NCBI GenBank assembly: GCA_003056085.1
Contig: LSNK01000001.1
Span: forward strand, 88,729 to 152,728
DNA length: 64,000 nt
Reading direction: 5' to 3'
From: Parcubacteria group bacterium M6-OD1-1
GTDB taxonomy: Bacteria > Patescibacteriota > Minisyncoccia > GWC2-36-17 > M10-OD1-4
Shown: in pieces, positions 20,278 to 31,430 of the stretch
How positions within the stretch are numbered: position 1 is the first letter of the stretch
How the letters are laid out: the number at the start of each line of letters is the position of its first letter
Notes under the pieces: generated by a model
Told to the model about the DNA's origin: nothing
Seen by the model: the letters and a program-made list of their open reading frames with translations, nothing else
Database searches by the model: none
Position numbers and translations under genes: made by a program

Positions 20278-20829
20278 TTAATCAAGTATCTTCAGTTCGT
20301 GCAGGGCTTTTTCATAATTTTCTATGATTACCTGAGCGTCAGTGTAACTTAAATCATAATTTGAATCATGCGCAATTTTATTTCTCACCTTATGAGACTC
20401 CCAAACCTTATTTATGGATGGCAGTAATTCCTCATTTAAAAGCTTAAGCCTTTCCCCCATATCTTTTCCTTTGCGCAACATTATTTTTAAAAGATCGTCA
20501 AATATCTTATCAGCTTCAATAATAGCGAGTTTATATTCCGCTTCCTGCATAGTTTGCATTCTCTGTTTTATACCTTTCCATCTTATTACAAATTCTCCCT
20601 TATAAGGAGGAGGCGTTTTTCTTGTAAAAGAATCTTTATAAATCTGAAATCTTCCTTGGAGATTATTTATTTTAAAAATAATATAAATGATGTGCAAAAA
20701 TAAAAACACGGAAAAAACAATAAATACGATTTTTAAAATAACTATCAAATTCAAAATTGATTCTGAGTTTAAAAAACCCAAATTATCAACTCCTCCATTT
20801 GTTTTTATTAAAAATTCTGCTGGGCTCAT
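20278..20829 (-). CDS. Membrane-anchored protein with HEPN/HepT-like C-terminal domain
   Basis: N-terminal TM helix, then a C-terminal ...VRNKIAHDSNYDLSYTDAQVIIENYEKALHEL resembling the Rx4-6H HEPN motif of HepT/DUF86. Confidence 0.4.
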   Translation of the reverse strand: MSPAEFLIKTNGGVDNLGFLNSESILNLIVILKIVFIVFSVFLFLHIIYIIFKINNLQGRFQIYKDSFTRKTPPPYKGEFVIRWKGIKQRMQTMQEAEYKLAIIEADKIFDDLLKIMLRKGKDMGERLKLLNEELLPSINKVWESHKVRNKIAHDSNYDLSYTDAQVIIENYEKALHELKILD

Positions 20830-20857
20830 TTTTTAACTTATTAGATAATTAGTTTCA

Positions 20858-22285
20858 TTAGCTTATTAACTTTTCATAATCTTCTCCCGCCTTAAAAAGA
20901 GTCTCTTCACAAAACCATGGGGCTATAAACTGAAGACCCACAGGCATATTATTTATCTTACCGCAAGGAACGGAAATCGCAGGAACTCCCGCTAAATTTA
21001 TCGGTACAGTAAAAATATCTGCAAGATACATCGCAAGGGGATCTTCTGTTTTTTCACCAAACGAAAAAGCTGTCGTAGGAGTTGTCGGAGTTGCTATAAT
21101 ATCAACCTTACTGAAGGCTTTTTTAAAATCTTCTGTTATTTTTGTTCTAACTTGTTGCGCTCTTTTGTAGTAAGCATCGTAATATCCGGCTGACAAAACA
21201 TAAGTCCCGAGCATCATTCTTTTTTTAACTTCCGGCCCGATACCCTCCGCTCTTGAATTTAAATAAACAGATAATAGGTCTTCGCTATCGCTTTTGTGAG
21301 TGGAAAAACCGTATTTAATCCCATCGTATCTTGCCATATTTGAAGATACTTCTGCAGGCATAATAACATAATAAACAGATAGAGCATCCTTGGTATGAGG
21401 AAGATCTATTTCTTCAATCTTAGCTCCAGCATCTTCCATTTTTTTTATCTCATTTTTTATAACATCCTCAACTTTCTTATCCATTCCCTCAATAAAATAC
21501 TCTTTAGGAATACCTATTTTTAAATCCTTTAATCCTTTTTCTTGAAGTTTCTCAGGATACATCACACTCGTTGCATCTTTTTTATCTTTTCCTTTTATAC
21601 TCTCAAACACCACTCTTGCATCATCAACTGTTTTTGTCAGTGGACCTATCTGGTCCAAAGACGACGCCATAGCAATAAGTCCATACCTTGAAACAGCTCC
21701 GTATGTCGGCTTAAGTCCAACCACTCCGCAAAAAGAAGCCGGTTGACGAATAGACCCTCCTGTGTCTGACCCTAATGCAAAAACACATTGGTTTGAAGCG
21801 ACTGCAGCCGCAGAACCCCCGGAAGAACCACCTGGAACTCTGCTTAAATCATTTGGATTTTTTGTTTTAAAAAATGCTGAGTTTTCAGTGGAAGACCCCA
21901 TGGCAAACTCATCCATATTTGTTTTACCCAAAAAAACAGAATCTTGTTTTTTAAGCTTTAAAATAACCGTCGCATCATATGGGGCAACATAATTTTCCAA
22001 AATTTTAGATGATGCTGTTGCCTTTATCCCGTCAATTAAAATATTATCCTTTATGGCTGCCGGAATACCTGAAAGCATTGATATTTCATTGCCGTTTTTT
22101 ATAGCAAGATCAACTTTTTCAGCCTGCTTTTTTGCTTCTGAAAAATCATTGCTCAAAAATGCTTTTATATCTTTGTCTTTGCTTTTTATCTCATCCATAA
22201 AAAAATCTGTCAGCTCAAGCGCCGACATCTCTTTTTTCTTTAATTTTTCATGAATCTCACGAATTGAATTACTTAAAATCTCCAT
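20858..22285 (-). CDS. gatA: Glutamyl-tRNA(Gln) amidotransferase subunit A
   Basis: Amidase signature GGSSGGSAAAVA plus the Ser-cisSer-Lys triad context. Start assigned to MEILSNSIREI at 22285. The 31-codon upstream extension in the ORF track is low-complexity and overlaps the intergenic repeat. Confidence 0.9.
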   Translation of the reverse strand: MEILSNSIREIHEKLKKKEMSALELTDFFMDEIKSKDKDIKAFLSNDFSEAKKQAEKVDLAIKNGNEISMLSGIPAAIKDNILIDGIKATASSKILENYVAPYDATVILKLKKQDSVFLGKTNMDEFAMGSSTENSAFFKTKNPNDLSRVPGGSSGGSAAAVASNQCVFALGSDTGGSIRQPASFCGVVGLKPTYGAVSRYGLIAMASSLDQIGPLTKTVDDARVVFESIKGKDKKDATSVMYPEKLQEKGLKDLKIGIPKEYFIEGMDKKVEDVIKNEIKKMEDAGAKIEEIDLPHTKDALSVYYVIMPAEVSSNMARYDGIKYGFSTHKSDSEDLLSVYLNSRAEGIGPEVKKRMMLGTYVLSAGYYDAYYKRAQQVRTKITEDFKKAFSKVDIIATPTTPTTAFSFGEKTEDPLAMYLADIFTVPINLAGVPAISVPCGKINNMPVGLQFIAPWFCEETLFKAGEDYEKLIS

Positions 22286-22320
22286 AATCTTTTTTAAAAA
22301 TAAAGTTTTCAAAATCAGAC

Positions 22321-22436
22321 ATAAGTTGAAATGAAAGTGAGAAATGTAGTCAGTTGTACTAAATAGTACAACGAACAAGCACCGGAATTTTCAACGAAAA
22401 GATATGTTAATTTTGGAAATTCTACAATATTGATTT
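22321..22436. repeat. REP-like intergenic element copy inside the gatC-gatA intergenic gap
   Basis: gaaatgaaagtgagaaatgtagtcagttgtactaaatagtacaac...aattttcaacg...ttaattttggaaattc. The terminal aattttggaaattc is identical to the end of the 12.2-kb copy. Confidence 0.45.
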
Positions 22437-22711
22437 TACTTTTATATAACCATCCTCATTCTCAGGAGCCGAGTCTATCAGCTTCTTTGCAAGCTCAGCA
22501 TCCTGTTTGTCAGGCTCATCGTCATCTCTAAAAACATTTTCAGAGGAAGAGGCATTAAGTGTCGGCGAAACATCCGAAACATCCACTTTATTTAACTCTT
22601 TTACATAATCCAAAACAGCTGACAAGTCCTTTGACAACTTACCTATTTCATCATCACTTACTTTTAATCTTGCAAGCGATGCAATATGTTTTACTTGATC
22701 TTCATCAATCA

Positions 22712-22712
<1 letters not shown>
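22422..22712 (-). CDS. gatC: Glutamyl-tRNA(Gln) amidotransferase subunit C
   Basis: 96 aa, VKHIASLARLKVSDDEIGKLSKDLSAVLDYV is typical GatC. Confidence 0.85.
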
Positions 22713-25202
<2,490 letters not shown>

Positions 25203-25206
<4 letters not shown>

Positions 25207-25778
25207 AAATTTAATTTTCTTGGAGAAATGGTTGTTTGAAGATATATTTTATCTCCTGTACTTTGCGATGCATTTTTGGACCCCACATTCATTAATATTG
25301 TTATTTTTGGCTGTCTTGCAGGATTATTAATATCAAAATTTAGAAAAATCACATTTGTATTTTGAATAGAAGTTATAGCCTCTGCATTTGCCGTGCTTCC
25401 AAAATTTCCACCAAAATTATCATCAAATTTTATCTGCCCATTATCTAAAACAAATCTCAAAACTTGGCCAATTCTATTTTCGGAATTGCTTATAAAAGAA
25501 ATATCGGAAGAATTATTTAAAACAAAAGAACTGCCCATCCTTATTTCTCTTGAAATAATTTCCATAGCATACCTTGCGCTGTCAGAAACATTTTGAGTAG
25601 CGATAGCTTTTCTTTGTCCTGAAATAGCATTTAAAAACATATTAGTGTTTATCGCTACAACAATTGCAAAAACCGCTATGGAAACCAAGAGCTCAATTAA
25701 AGTAAAACCGCCGTCAGCTTTAAGCTGTAAGTTGTGAACTTTAGACTTTTTATCAACTTTTGATTTTAAATTTTTCAT
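25203..25778 (-). CDS. Prepilin-type minor pilin, GspJ/PilW-like
   Basis: Class III signal GGFTLIELLVSIAVFAIV plus the ARYAMEIISREIRMG motif characteristic of GspJ. Confidence 0.6.
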
Positions 25779-25813
25779 AAAAGTTTTTTGTAAACCATCA
25801 ACTAAAGATTAAC

Positions 25814-26377
25814 TTACTTCCAATTAAATAGATATCCTTTTACAGAGATATCACAATTAACACCGCAGATTACATCCGACTGAACAGTAATACTGTCTAC
25901 GCTCGTTTTTTGCAAAGTTATAGTTCTTGTAAAGTCTGTGTTTGCAACAGAGCCGGCACCAGCTGTGTTATGAACATAATAACCATCAGAAAGTTTTATG
26001 CTGTAACCGGAACTCAAAGAACTGCAATTAACATCAAAAACAGAATCATTATATTGAATACATCCAACTTTTGACTGTCCGGTGCTCAAATCATCTGTAA
26101 TCCCAAAATCCCATACATTTCCATCAATCCAATTTATATCTCTTATGTTTCTTACAAGCTCAATTCCTTCTTGAGCCAACTGGGCGGCTATCAATCTTTT
26201 TTTTACTTCAGGAGCCAATTTGGTGGAGTTAACAATAGCCCCAACAGATGCCGTAACGCCAACCGTAAGAATAGTCACCGCCACTAAAACTTCTATCAAA
26301 GTAAAACCTTTATTAGTTTTTAGATTACAGGTTTTAGGTTTTAGATTTTTATCTATTTTTGATTTTAAATTTTTCAT
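25814..26377 (-). CDS. Prepilin-type minor pilin, GspI/PilV-like
   Basis: KGFTLIEVLVAVTILTVGV then AAQLAQEGIELVRN. The probable start is the internal MKNLKSKIDK at 26377. Leader and upstream 60 nt are near-identical to those of the 25203 gene. Confidence 0.6.
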   Translation of the reverse strand: MKNLKSKIDKNLKPKTCNLKTNKGFTLIEVLVAVTILTVGVTASVGAIVNSTKLAPEVKKRLIAAQLAQEGIELVRNIRDINWIDGNVWDFGITDDLSTGQSKVGCIQYNDSVFDVNCSSLSSGYSIKLSDGYYVHNTAGAGSVANTDFTRTITLQKTSVDSITVQSDVICGVNCDISVKGYLFNWK

Positions 26378-26405
26378 AAAAGTTTTTTGTAAACTAAAAA
26401 TTAAA

Positions 26406-26981
26406 TTACTGTATTTCAATATTGCCAAATTTATTTATTGTTACCGTTCTTGTATCTGTAATATTTTGCGTAATCCTTAAAACTATATTTTGTGGAAAAT
26501 TATTTGCATTGCCGAAAAAATAAGATATCGGCTCCGGAGGAACAAACGTTACTTCTTTATTTACAGTATCAGCAAATTCAATCCCGGACTCCAAAAAAAC
26601 AGGCTGTGGATCTATCTTTGTAGATTGACCGGAAAATCTTGTAACACCAGCATTGCAGTTGCTTCTGTCATCATAATATAAAAAATAAGATGTAGAGCTT
26701 TCAATTTTAATTCCATAAAAACAAACCGGGTTTGTTCCGTATTTTTTAGGAGACAAAGCTAAATTTTGAACCTTTCTTATATCAAAAGCAAACTTTTGAG
26801 TTGATCTTAAAAGCGCCTGTCTGTCATTTCCAACCTTAATATTTGCCACAGTTACCGCAGACATTATTATTATAATTGACATCGCTACAAGAAGCTCAAG
26901 CAAGGTAAAACCTTCATCAGCTTTAAAGAAAGCCTTGAATTTTAAAAATTTTTTAATATTAAACTTTATTTTTTTATTCAT
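26406..26981 (-). CDS. Prepilin-type minor pilin, GspH/FimT-like
   Basis: EGFTLLELLVAMSIIIIMSAVTVANI N-terminus after a long leader, 191 aa. Confidence 0.6.
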   Translation of the reverse strand: MNKKIKFNIKKFLKFKAFFKADEGFTLLELLVAMSIIIIMSAVTVANIKVGNDRQALLRSTQKFAFDIRKVQNLALSPKKYGTNPVCFYGIKIESSTSYFLYYDDRSNCNAGVTRFSGQSTKIDPQPVFLESGIEFADTVNKEVTFVPPEPISYFFGNANNFPQNIVLRITQNITDTRTVTINKFGNIEIQ

Positions 26982-27011
26982 ATCTCTTAAAGCTTGCGCC
27001 TTACTGCTTTT

Positions 27012-27782
27012 TTAATAAGCTAAATTTAAATACCAGCTTAAAATATCCATTCCAAAAAAGTAGGCTGTTAATGTTCCAACAATCAAAAAGGGTCCAAATG
27101 GAATTTCACTTTTAATGTTTTTTTTCTCAAAAGCCATAAGCATCACTCCTACCAAGGCGCCTACTATATAAGCTATAAAAAGTCCAATTAGAATCTTCGG
27201 CCATCCTAAAAAAAATCCCATAAAAACACCGTATTTTACATCCCCCATTCCTATCCATTTGCCGGATGATACAACATAAAGCAGAAGAAAAAAACCTGAA
27301 GCTAAAAAAGCAGCTAAAATATAAAATAAAATTTCAGAAAAACTGTAAAAATATAAACTATAAAAAAAAGAAATCGTTATTAAAGAATAGACCGCTATAT
27401 TTGGTATTATATAATGCTTAAGATCAAAAACAAATATCAAAATTATAAATGACAATACTGTAAATATATAAACAACATCAATTATTCCTTGAAAAGACAG
27501 CCCTGCCCAGATATATAAAAAAGTGCTCAAAAATAAAAATCCTGTTAAAAGTTCAACCAAAGGATACTGAAATGATATCTTGCCGCCGCAAGACCGGCAT
27601 TTTCTTTTTTGAATAAGAAAACTCAAAACAGGTAAAAGTTCGTACCACTTAAGTATGTGTCCGCATAAAGGACATCGTGACCTCTCTTTCACTAAAGAGC
27701 CCCCGACTTCCAAACGATACAAAGCAGCATTTAAAAAACTGCCTATTATAAGTCCAAATAAAAATATAAAAAATCCAATCAT
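27012..27782 (-). CDS. pilD: Prepilin peptidase (A24 family) with N-terminal Zn-ribbon
   Basis: CPLCGH...CRSCGG zinc-binding N-domain, then a polytopic peptidase A24 body with the conserved Asp pair context. Confidence 0.85.
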   Translation of the reverse strand: MIGFFIFLFGLIIGSFLNAALYRLEVGGSLVKERSRCPLCGHILKWYELLPVLSFLIQKRKCRSCGGKISFQYPLVELLTGFLFLSTFLYIWAGLSFQGIIDVVYIFTVLSFIILIFVFDLKHYIIPNIAVYSLITISFFYSLYFYSFSEILFYILAAFLASGFFLLLYVVSSGKWIGMGDVKYGVFMGFFLGWPKILIGLFIAYIVGALVGVMLMAFEKKNIKSEIPFGPFLIVGTLTAYFFGMDILSWYLNLAY

Positions 27783-27905
27783 AGTTAAGCAATAAGTTAG
27801 AAAGTTGAAAGCAAGCTCTCCACTTTCTTATATGATACCAAAATATAAGACAAATAAAAACAAAGACCTTATAAGGTCTTTGTTTTTATAAAATTTTCTC
27901 AAAAA

Positions 27906-29267
27906 TCACCTATACCAAACCTCCCAATTATAATATCCAAAACTTGAAGACAAATCTCTTTCTTCAACATCCAGTCTGGATATAAGACCGCCATTCCAAT
28001 CAACCCCTTCTGTGTAAGTACAGTATCCCGTACCGCCCTGTTGTATCCACTTTCCGGGATAGGAAGGATCATTTGAAGCTCTCCCTGTATCATCGGAACA
28101 AGTTTTCATAAGAGTTCCATTTATAATTAAACTTATCCTATCATTATTTAACCCAAAACTTCCCGATCCACTACTATTAGTGCCGGAAAAACCTATATCT
28201 GGACACTGAAAAGGAAAAGAGCCTTCTAAAAATTCACTTGCCCCCGAAACAACTTCACCTCCAATACAAAAATCGTCCCATTTATTTGAAGCTTTAAATA
28301 CTATTTCAGACACTGTGCCCAAAGGCCAATTAAAAATTTTACCCTCCACTCTTTGCATAATTTCTCCAGAATCCGTTACCCATGTAATTCCGGAGCTTTG
28401 TAAAGTTATTGTCGCCGTTTGAATCCAATCACTTCCCTTGGCAAGAAGAGTCCACCCTCCTGATGATGCCGCGCTGCCAACATCATCAATTTCGCAAACA
28501 ACTGTACCATCTTGATTTACAACCCTTATGGAAGACCCCGCGGCACAAGTTCCTGAAACTCTTGTTTGTATTGAAGCATTATCAACATCAGCGCTTGTTA
28601 AACTTCCGTCAATAACTTCAATTGTCCCGACGGAGTCAGCGCCTAAAGCCGTGCCTGCATTATCAACTCCATCGGCAAAACCTGCCGGTATTCCTGTAAG
28701 TTCAGACCAATCAACACCATCTTTTACATTTGTTTGAACCGTTGGGTCGGTTTCTGCCGCTGTTCCGGTATCATCAACATTATCGGCAAAGCCTGCCGGT
28801 ATTCCTGTGAGCTCAGACCAATCAACCCCGTCTTTTACATTTGCCTGAACCGTTGGATCGGTTTCTGAAGTAAGTCCGCCTATACACCCTGTAGAATCAC
28901 AAATAGTCCCGCTTGCCGTTACATCTCCGTTGTTTCGTATTGTAAGCCTGTTTTCCAATCCGGTTTGAGTTCGTGCTTGAAATGTTAAATTGTCAGCCAA
29001 GTTGGATACTTGCCAATATTGCGTCCCTCCTTCAGAAAAAAACCTTGCGCCTCGTTCAAGCCACAAATTAGAACCTAAAGTAAGACCTCCTTCTTTCCTT
29101 TGATTTTGGGCTCCAACATTTAAAGGAGCAGGGAGATTATTTTGGGGCGGGCTTGCTGTTATTCCCACCCATTGAGCAGATGTCTCTTTTACAATGGCCG
29201 CTCCCAAAAAGCTTAAAAAAACTAAGGCTACTGCCGTAAAAAATATATTTAAAAACTTTTTACCCAT
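27906..29267 (-). CDS. Large secreted repeat protein embedded in the pilus locus (candidate pilus-associated adhesin)
   Basis: Signal peptide, AQWVGITASPPQNNLPAPLNV...GGLTLG N-module shared with the 2856 protein. The ETDPTVQ.NVKDGVDWSELTGIPAGFADxVD repeat occurs twice (tail-fibre-like), then a Cys-containing C-terminal domain. Confidence 0.6.
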   Translation of the reverse strand: MGKKFLNIFFTAVALVFLSFLGAAIVKETSAQWVGITASPPQNNLPAPLNVGAQNQRKEGGLTLGSNLWLERGARFFSEGGTQYWQVSNLADNLTFQARTQTGLENRLTIRNNGDVTASGTICDSTGCIGGLTSETDPTVQANVKDGVDWSELTGIPAGFADNVDDTGTAAETDPTVQTNVKDGVDWSELTGIPAGFADGVDNAGTALGADSVGTIEVIDGSLTSADVDNASIQTRVSGTCAAGSSIRVVNQDGTVVCEIDDVGSAASSGGWTLLAKGSDWIQTATITLQSSGITWVTDSGEIMQRVEGKIFNWPLGTVSEIVFKASNKWDDFCIGGEVVSGASEFLEGSFPFQCPDIGFSGTNSSGSGSFGLNNDRISLIINGTLMKTCSDDTGRASNDPSYPGKWIQQGGTGYCTYTEGVDWNGGLISRLDVEERDLSSSFGYYNWEVWYR

Positions 29268-29270
29268 TGA

Positions 29271-29298
29271 CTTAATTCTTAATTCTTAATTCTTAATT
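29271..29298. repeat. Perfect heptanucleotide tandem repeat (CTTAATT)x4 starting 4 nt upstream of the start codon of the 27906..29267 gene
   Basis: cttaattcttaattcttaattcttaatt read directly from the sequence. On the mRNA strand it is (AAUUAAG)4-UCA-AUG. Confidence 0.9.
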
Positions 29299-29384
29299 TA
29301 TTATATCATACAAATAAACTATAACAAATAAAAAAACAACCCTTTAAAAAGGGCTGTTTTTTTATTTGTCTTATGAAAACAAAA

Positions 29385-29861
29385 TTAATTTTCTACGCAC
29401 GCAGCGGCAGCTATATTTTTTTCTGAACATCCTGTTGAGTCACAAATAAAAGCATAGCTATTCCTTCCTTCAAGATCAGCACCAACGCAGTAAGTACCAT
29501 CATCACCCTCAGCGGTCAGATTTTTATAAACATATGTATTCCCTGTAGGATCTCCCGGCGATGTTGGTAGAAACGTATTAAAAGCAGGAGATCCATCAGC
29601 GGTATTTATACAACGAGTAGCAGCCCATCCATTTCCAGCCGCACAAGCCTCATCTGTATTCACATAACCAAATGTACCTTGTGAATCCGCAAATAAAACC
29701 TGAGCAGTGTTGATAGCCTGCATATCCGCCTGTCTTTTGGCGTCTCTTGCTTTTACTCTTGCACTGTTTAAAGAAACAAGAACAATAGAAGATAATATTC
29801 CGATAATAGCGATAACAACTAAAAGTTCAATCAGTGTAAAACCTTTTTGATTTTTTTTCAT
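29385..29861 (-). CDS. pilA: Type IV major pilin (PilA-like)
   Basis: MKKNQKGFTLIELLVVIAIIGILSSIVLVSL is the classic type IVa prepilin N-terminus. 158 aa with a C-terminal Cys pair. Confidence 0.85.
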   Translation of the reverse strand: MKKNQKGFTLIELLVVIAIIGILSSIVLVSLNSARVKARDAKRQADMQAINTAQVLFADSQGTFGYVNTDEACAAGNGWAATRCINTADGSPAFNTFLPTSPGDPTGNTYVYKNLTAEGDDGTYCVGADLEGRNSYAFICDSTGCSEKNIAAAACVEN

Positions 29862-30157
29862 AATTATATTATTAAATTATTAAGCTCTGTCCTTCAATAT
29901 TTTTGTATCAAATTAGCAGAACTTTTCCATAAGCCCCAAGCTTGTAAAGAATATATTAATATTCTAAGGCTTATAAATTTCTTTTTAGCGATACGACCTT
30001 TTTTTAAGTTTTTAACTATACCCCTTAATTATATTATACAAATACTTTTTGAACAACACTTGCTGTGAATAACTCCTTGTGTTAGGTGGTAGTGATTTAG
30101 AAAATAAGTTTTAGTTTATAGTTGTTAGACGTTATAATTTCCCCCCTATAACCTAAG

Positions 30158-31363
30158 CTACATAGCTGATGTTATATTATACATCGGCATAAGTATAGCA
30201 ACCAAAAGTATACCCACACCTATCCCAAGCACCAAAATAAGAAGCGGTTCTATTATCGTCACCAAATTATCCATAGTATTTTCAACTTCTTTATGATAAA
30301 AATCAGCAACTGTTTTTAACGTACTATCTAATTTTCCCGCTTGCTCTCCTATCGCTATCATCTGACTCACCATAATGGGAATCTCATTGTGTTTTTTAAA
30401 AATAGAGCTTATAGTCCCTCCTTTTTTGACATTATCAATAGTATCTTCGATTATTTTTCTGTAAGTATAGTTGCCGACAACATTGGCAGAAACCTCAAGA
30501 GATTTCACAATGGGCAAACCTCCTTTAATAAGAGTACTTAAGCTGTCGGAAAATCTGGAAAGATAAAACTTGGTAAGTATAGTCCCAAAAATCGGTATTT
30601 TCAATTGAATTGCGCCCCAAATAACCCTCCCCATTCTTGTTGTTATCCAATGCAGAAAACCAACCACACTGCCTATTAACGCAATTAAGATTAACCACCA
30701 ATAACTTTGAAAAATTTCTGAAATTCCAATTACAATCCTTGTAAGTAACGGCAATTCTATATCTGCCTCTGAAAAAACAGATGTCAAATTTGGAATAACC
30801 CATACCATCATAACAAACATAACGCCAACAAGACCAAAAAGAATAAAGGCTGGATATATCATAGCTCCTCTTACTTTCTGAGTTAAATAATATTCTCTTT
30901 CAATGGTATCTGCCAAATAGTCAAAAACTTCTTCCAAGTTTCCGGAAAGTTCTCCGGAATGAACGATACTTATAAAAAAATCAGAGAAAACTTTTTTATG
31001 ACTGGACAGTGACTTGGAAAGAGAATTCCCGGAATTGACACTTTCGGTAATATCCTCCAGAACCTCTTTAAAAGTAACATTTTTAGTTTGGTCAACCATA
31101 GCCTGGAGAGATTCTATTACAGGAACTTTTGCTTGAAATAAGGCCGATATTTGACGAGAAAAAATAACAATTTCTTTTTGGGGAACATGATCAAAAAACT
31201 TAATCCTTTTATTGGTTAAAGAAATTTTAGATGCTTCACGCACGCTCAAAACTATTAAATTATTTCTTTGCAAAGTTTCAACAGCGGCATCTTGAGTTAA
31301 CGCTTCTACTGTTCCTGTTTTTGTTTCACCTTGCTGTGTTTTTGTTTCGTAGTTAAATAACAT
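30158..31363 (-). CDS. pilC: Type IV pilus platform protein PilC (GspF family)
   Basis: Two GspF repeats, three TM helices, 401 aa. Confidence 0.85.
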   Translation of the reverse strand: MLFNYETKTQQGETKTGTVEALTQDAAVETLQRNNLIVLSVREASKISLTNKRIKFFDHVPQKEIVIFSRQISALFQAKVPVIESLQAMVDQTKNVTFKEVLEDITESVNSGNSLSKSLSSHKKVFSDFFISIVHSGELSGNLEEVFDYLADTIEREYYLTQKVRGAMIYPAFILFGLVGVMFVMMVWVIPNLTSVFSEADIELPLLTRIVIGISEIFQSYWWLILIALIGSVVGFLHWITTRMGRVIWGAIQLKIPIFGTILTKFYLSRFSDSLSTLIKGGLPIVKSLEVSANVVGNYTYRKIIEDTIDNVKKGGTISSIFKKHNEIPIMVSQMIAIGEQAGKLDSTLKTVADFYHKEVENTMDNLVTIIEPLLILVLGIGVGILLVAILMPMYNITSAM

Positions 31364-31430
31364 TTGTTCAAGTTATGGTTATTAGATTATAGTTGTTAAG
31401 AACAATAACCTAATTACTACAACCTATCAT

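Noticed and set aside
22286-22378. N-terminal extension of gatA (MFVVLFSTTDYISHFHFNLCLILKTLFLKKI).
   Set aside because: It is a translation of the REP-like intergenic element. The conserved GatA N-terminus begins at MEILSNSIREI (22285).
29862-29990. Sigma-54-type promoter (TGG-N10-TGC) upstream of the major pilin gene.
   Set aside because: Only the GG/GC dinucleotides with 10-nt spacing match. The extended consensus (TGGCAC...TTGCA) is not met, and an rpoN gene cannot be assessed from this window.
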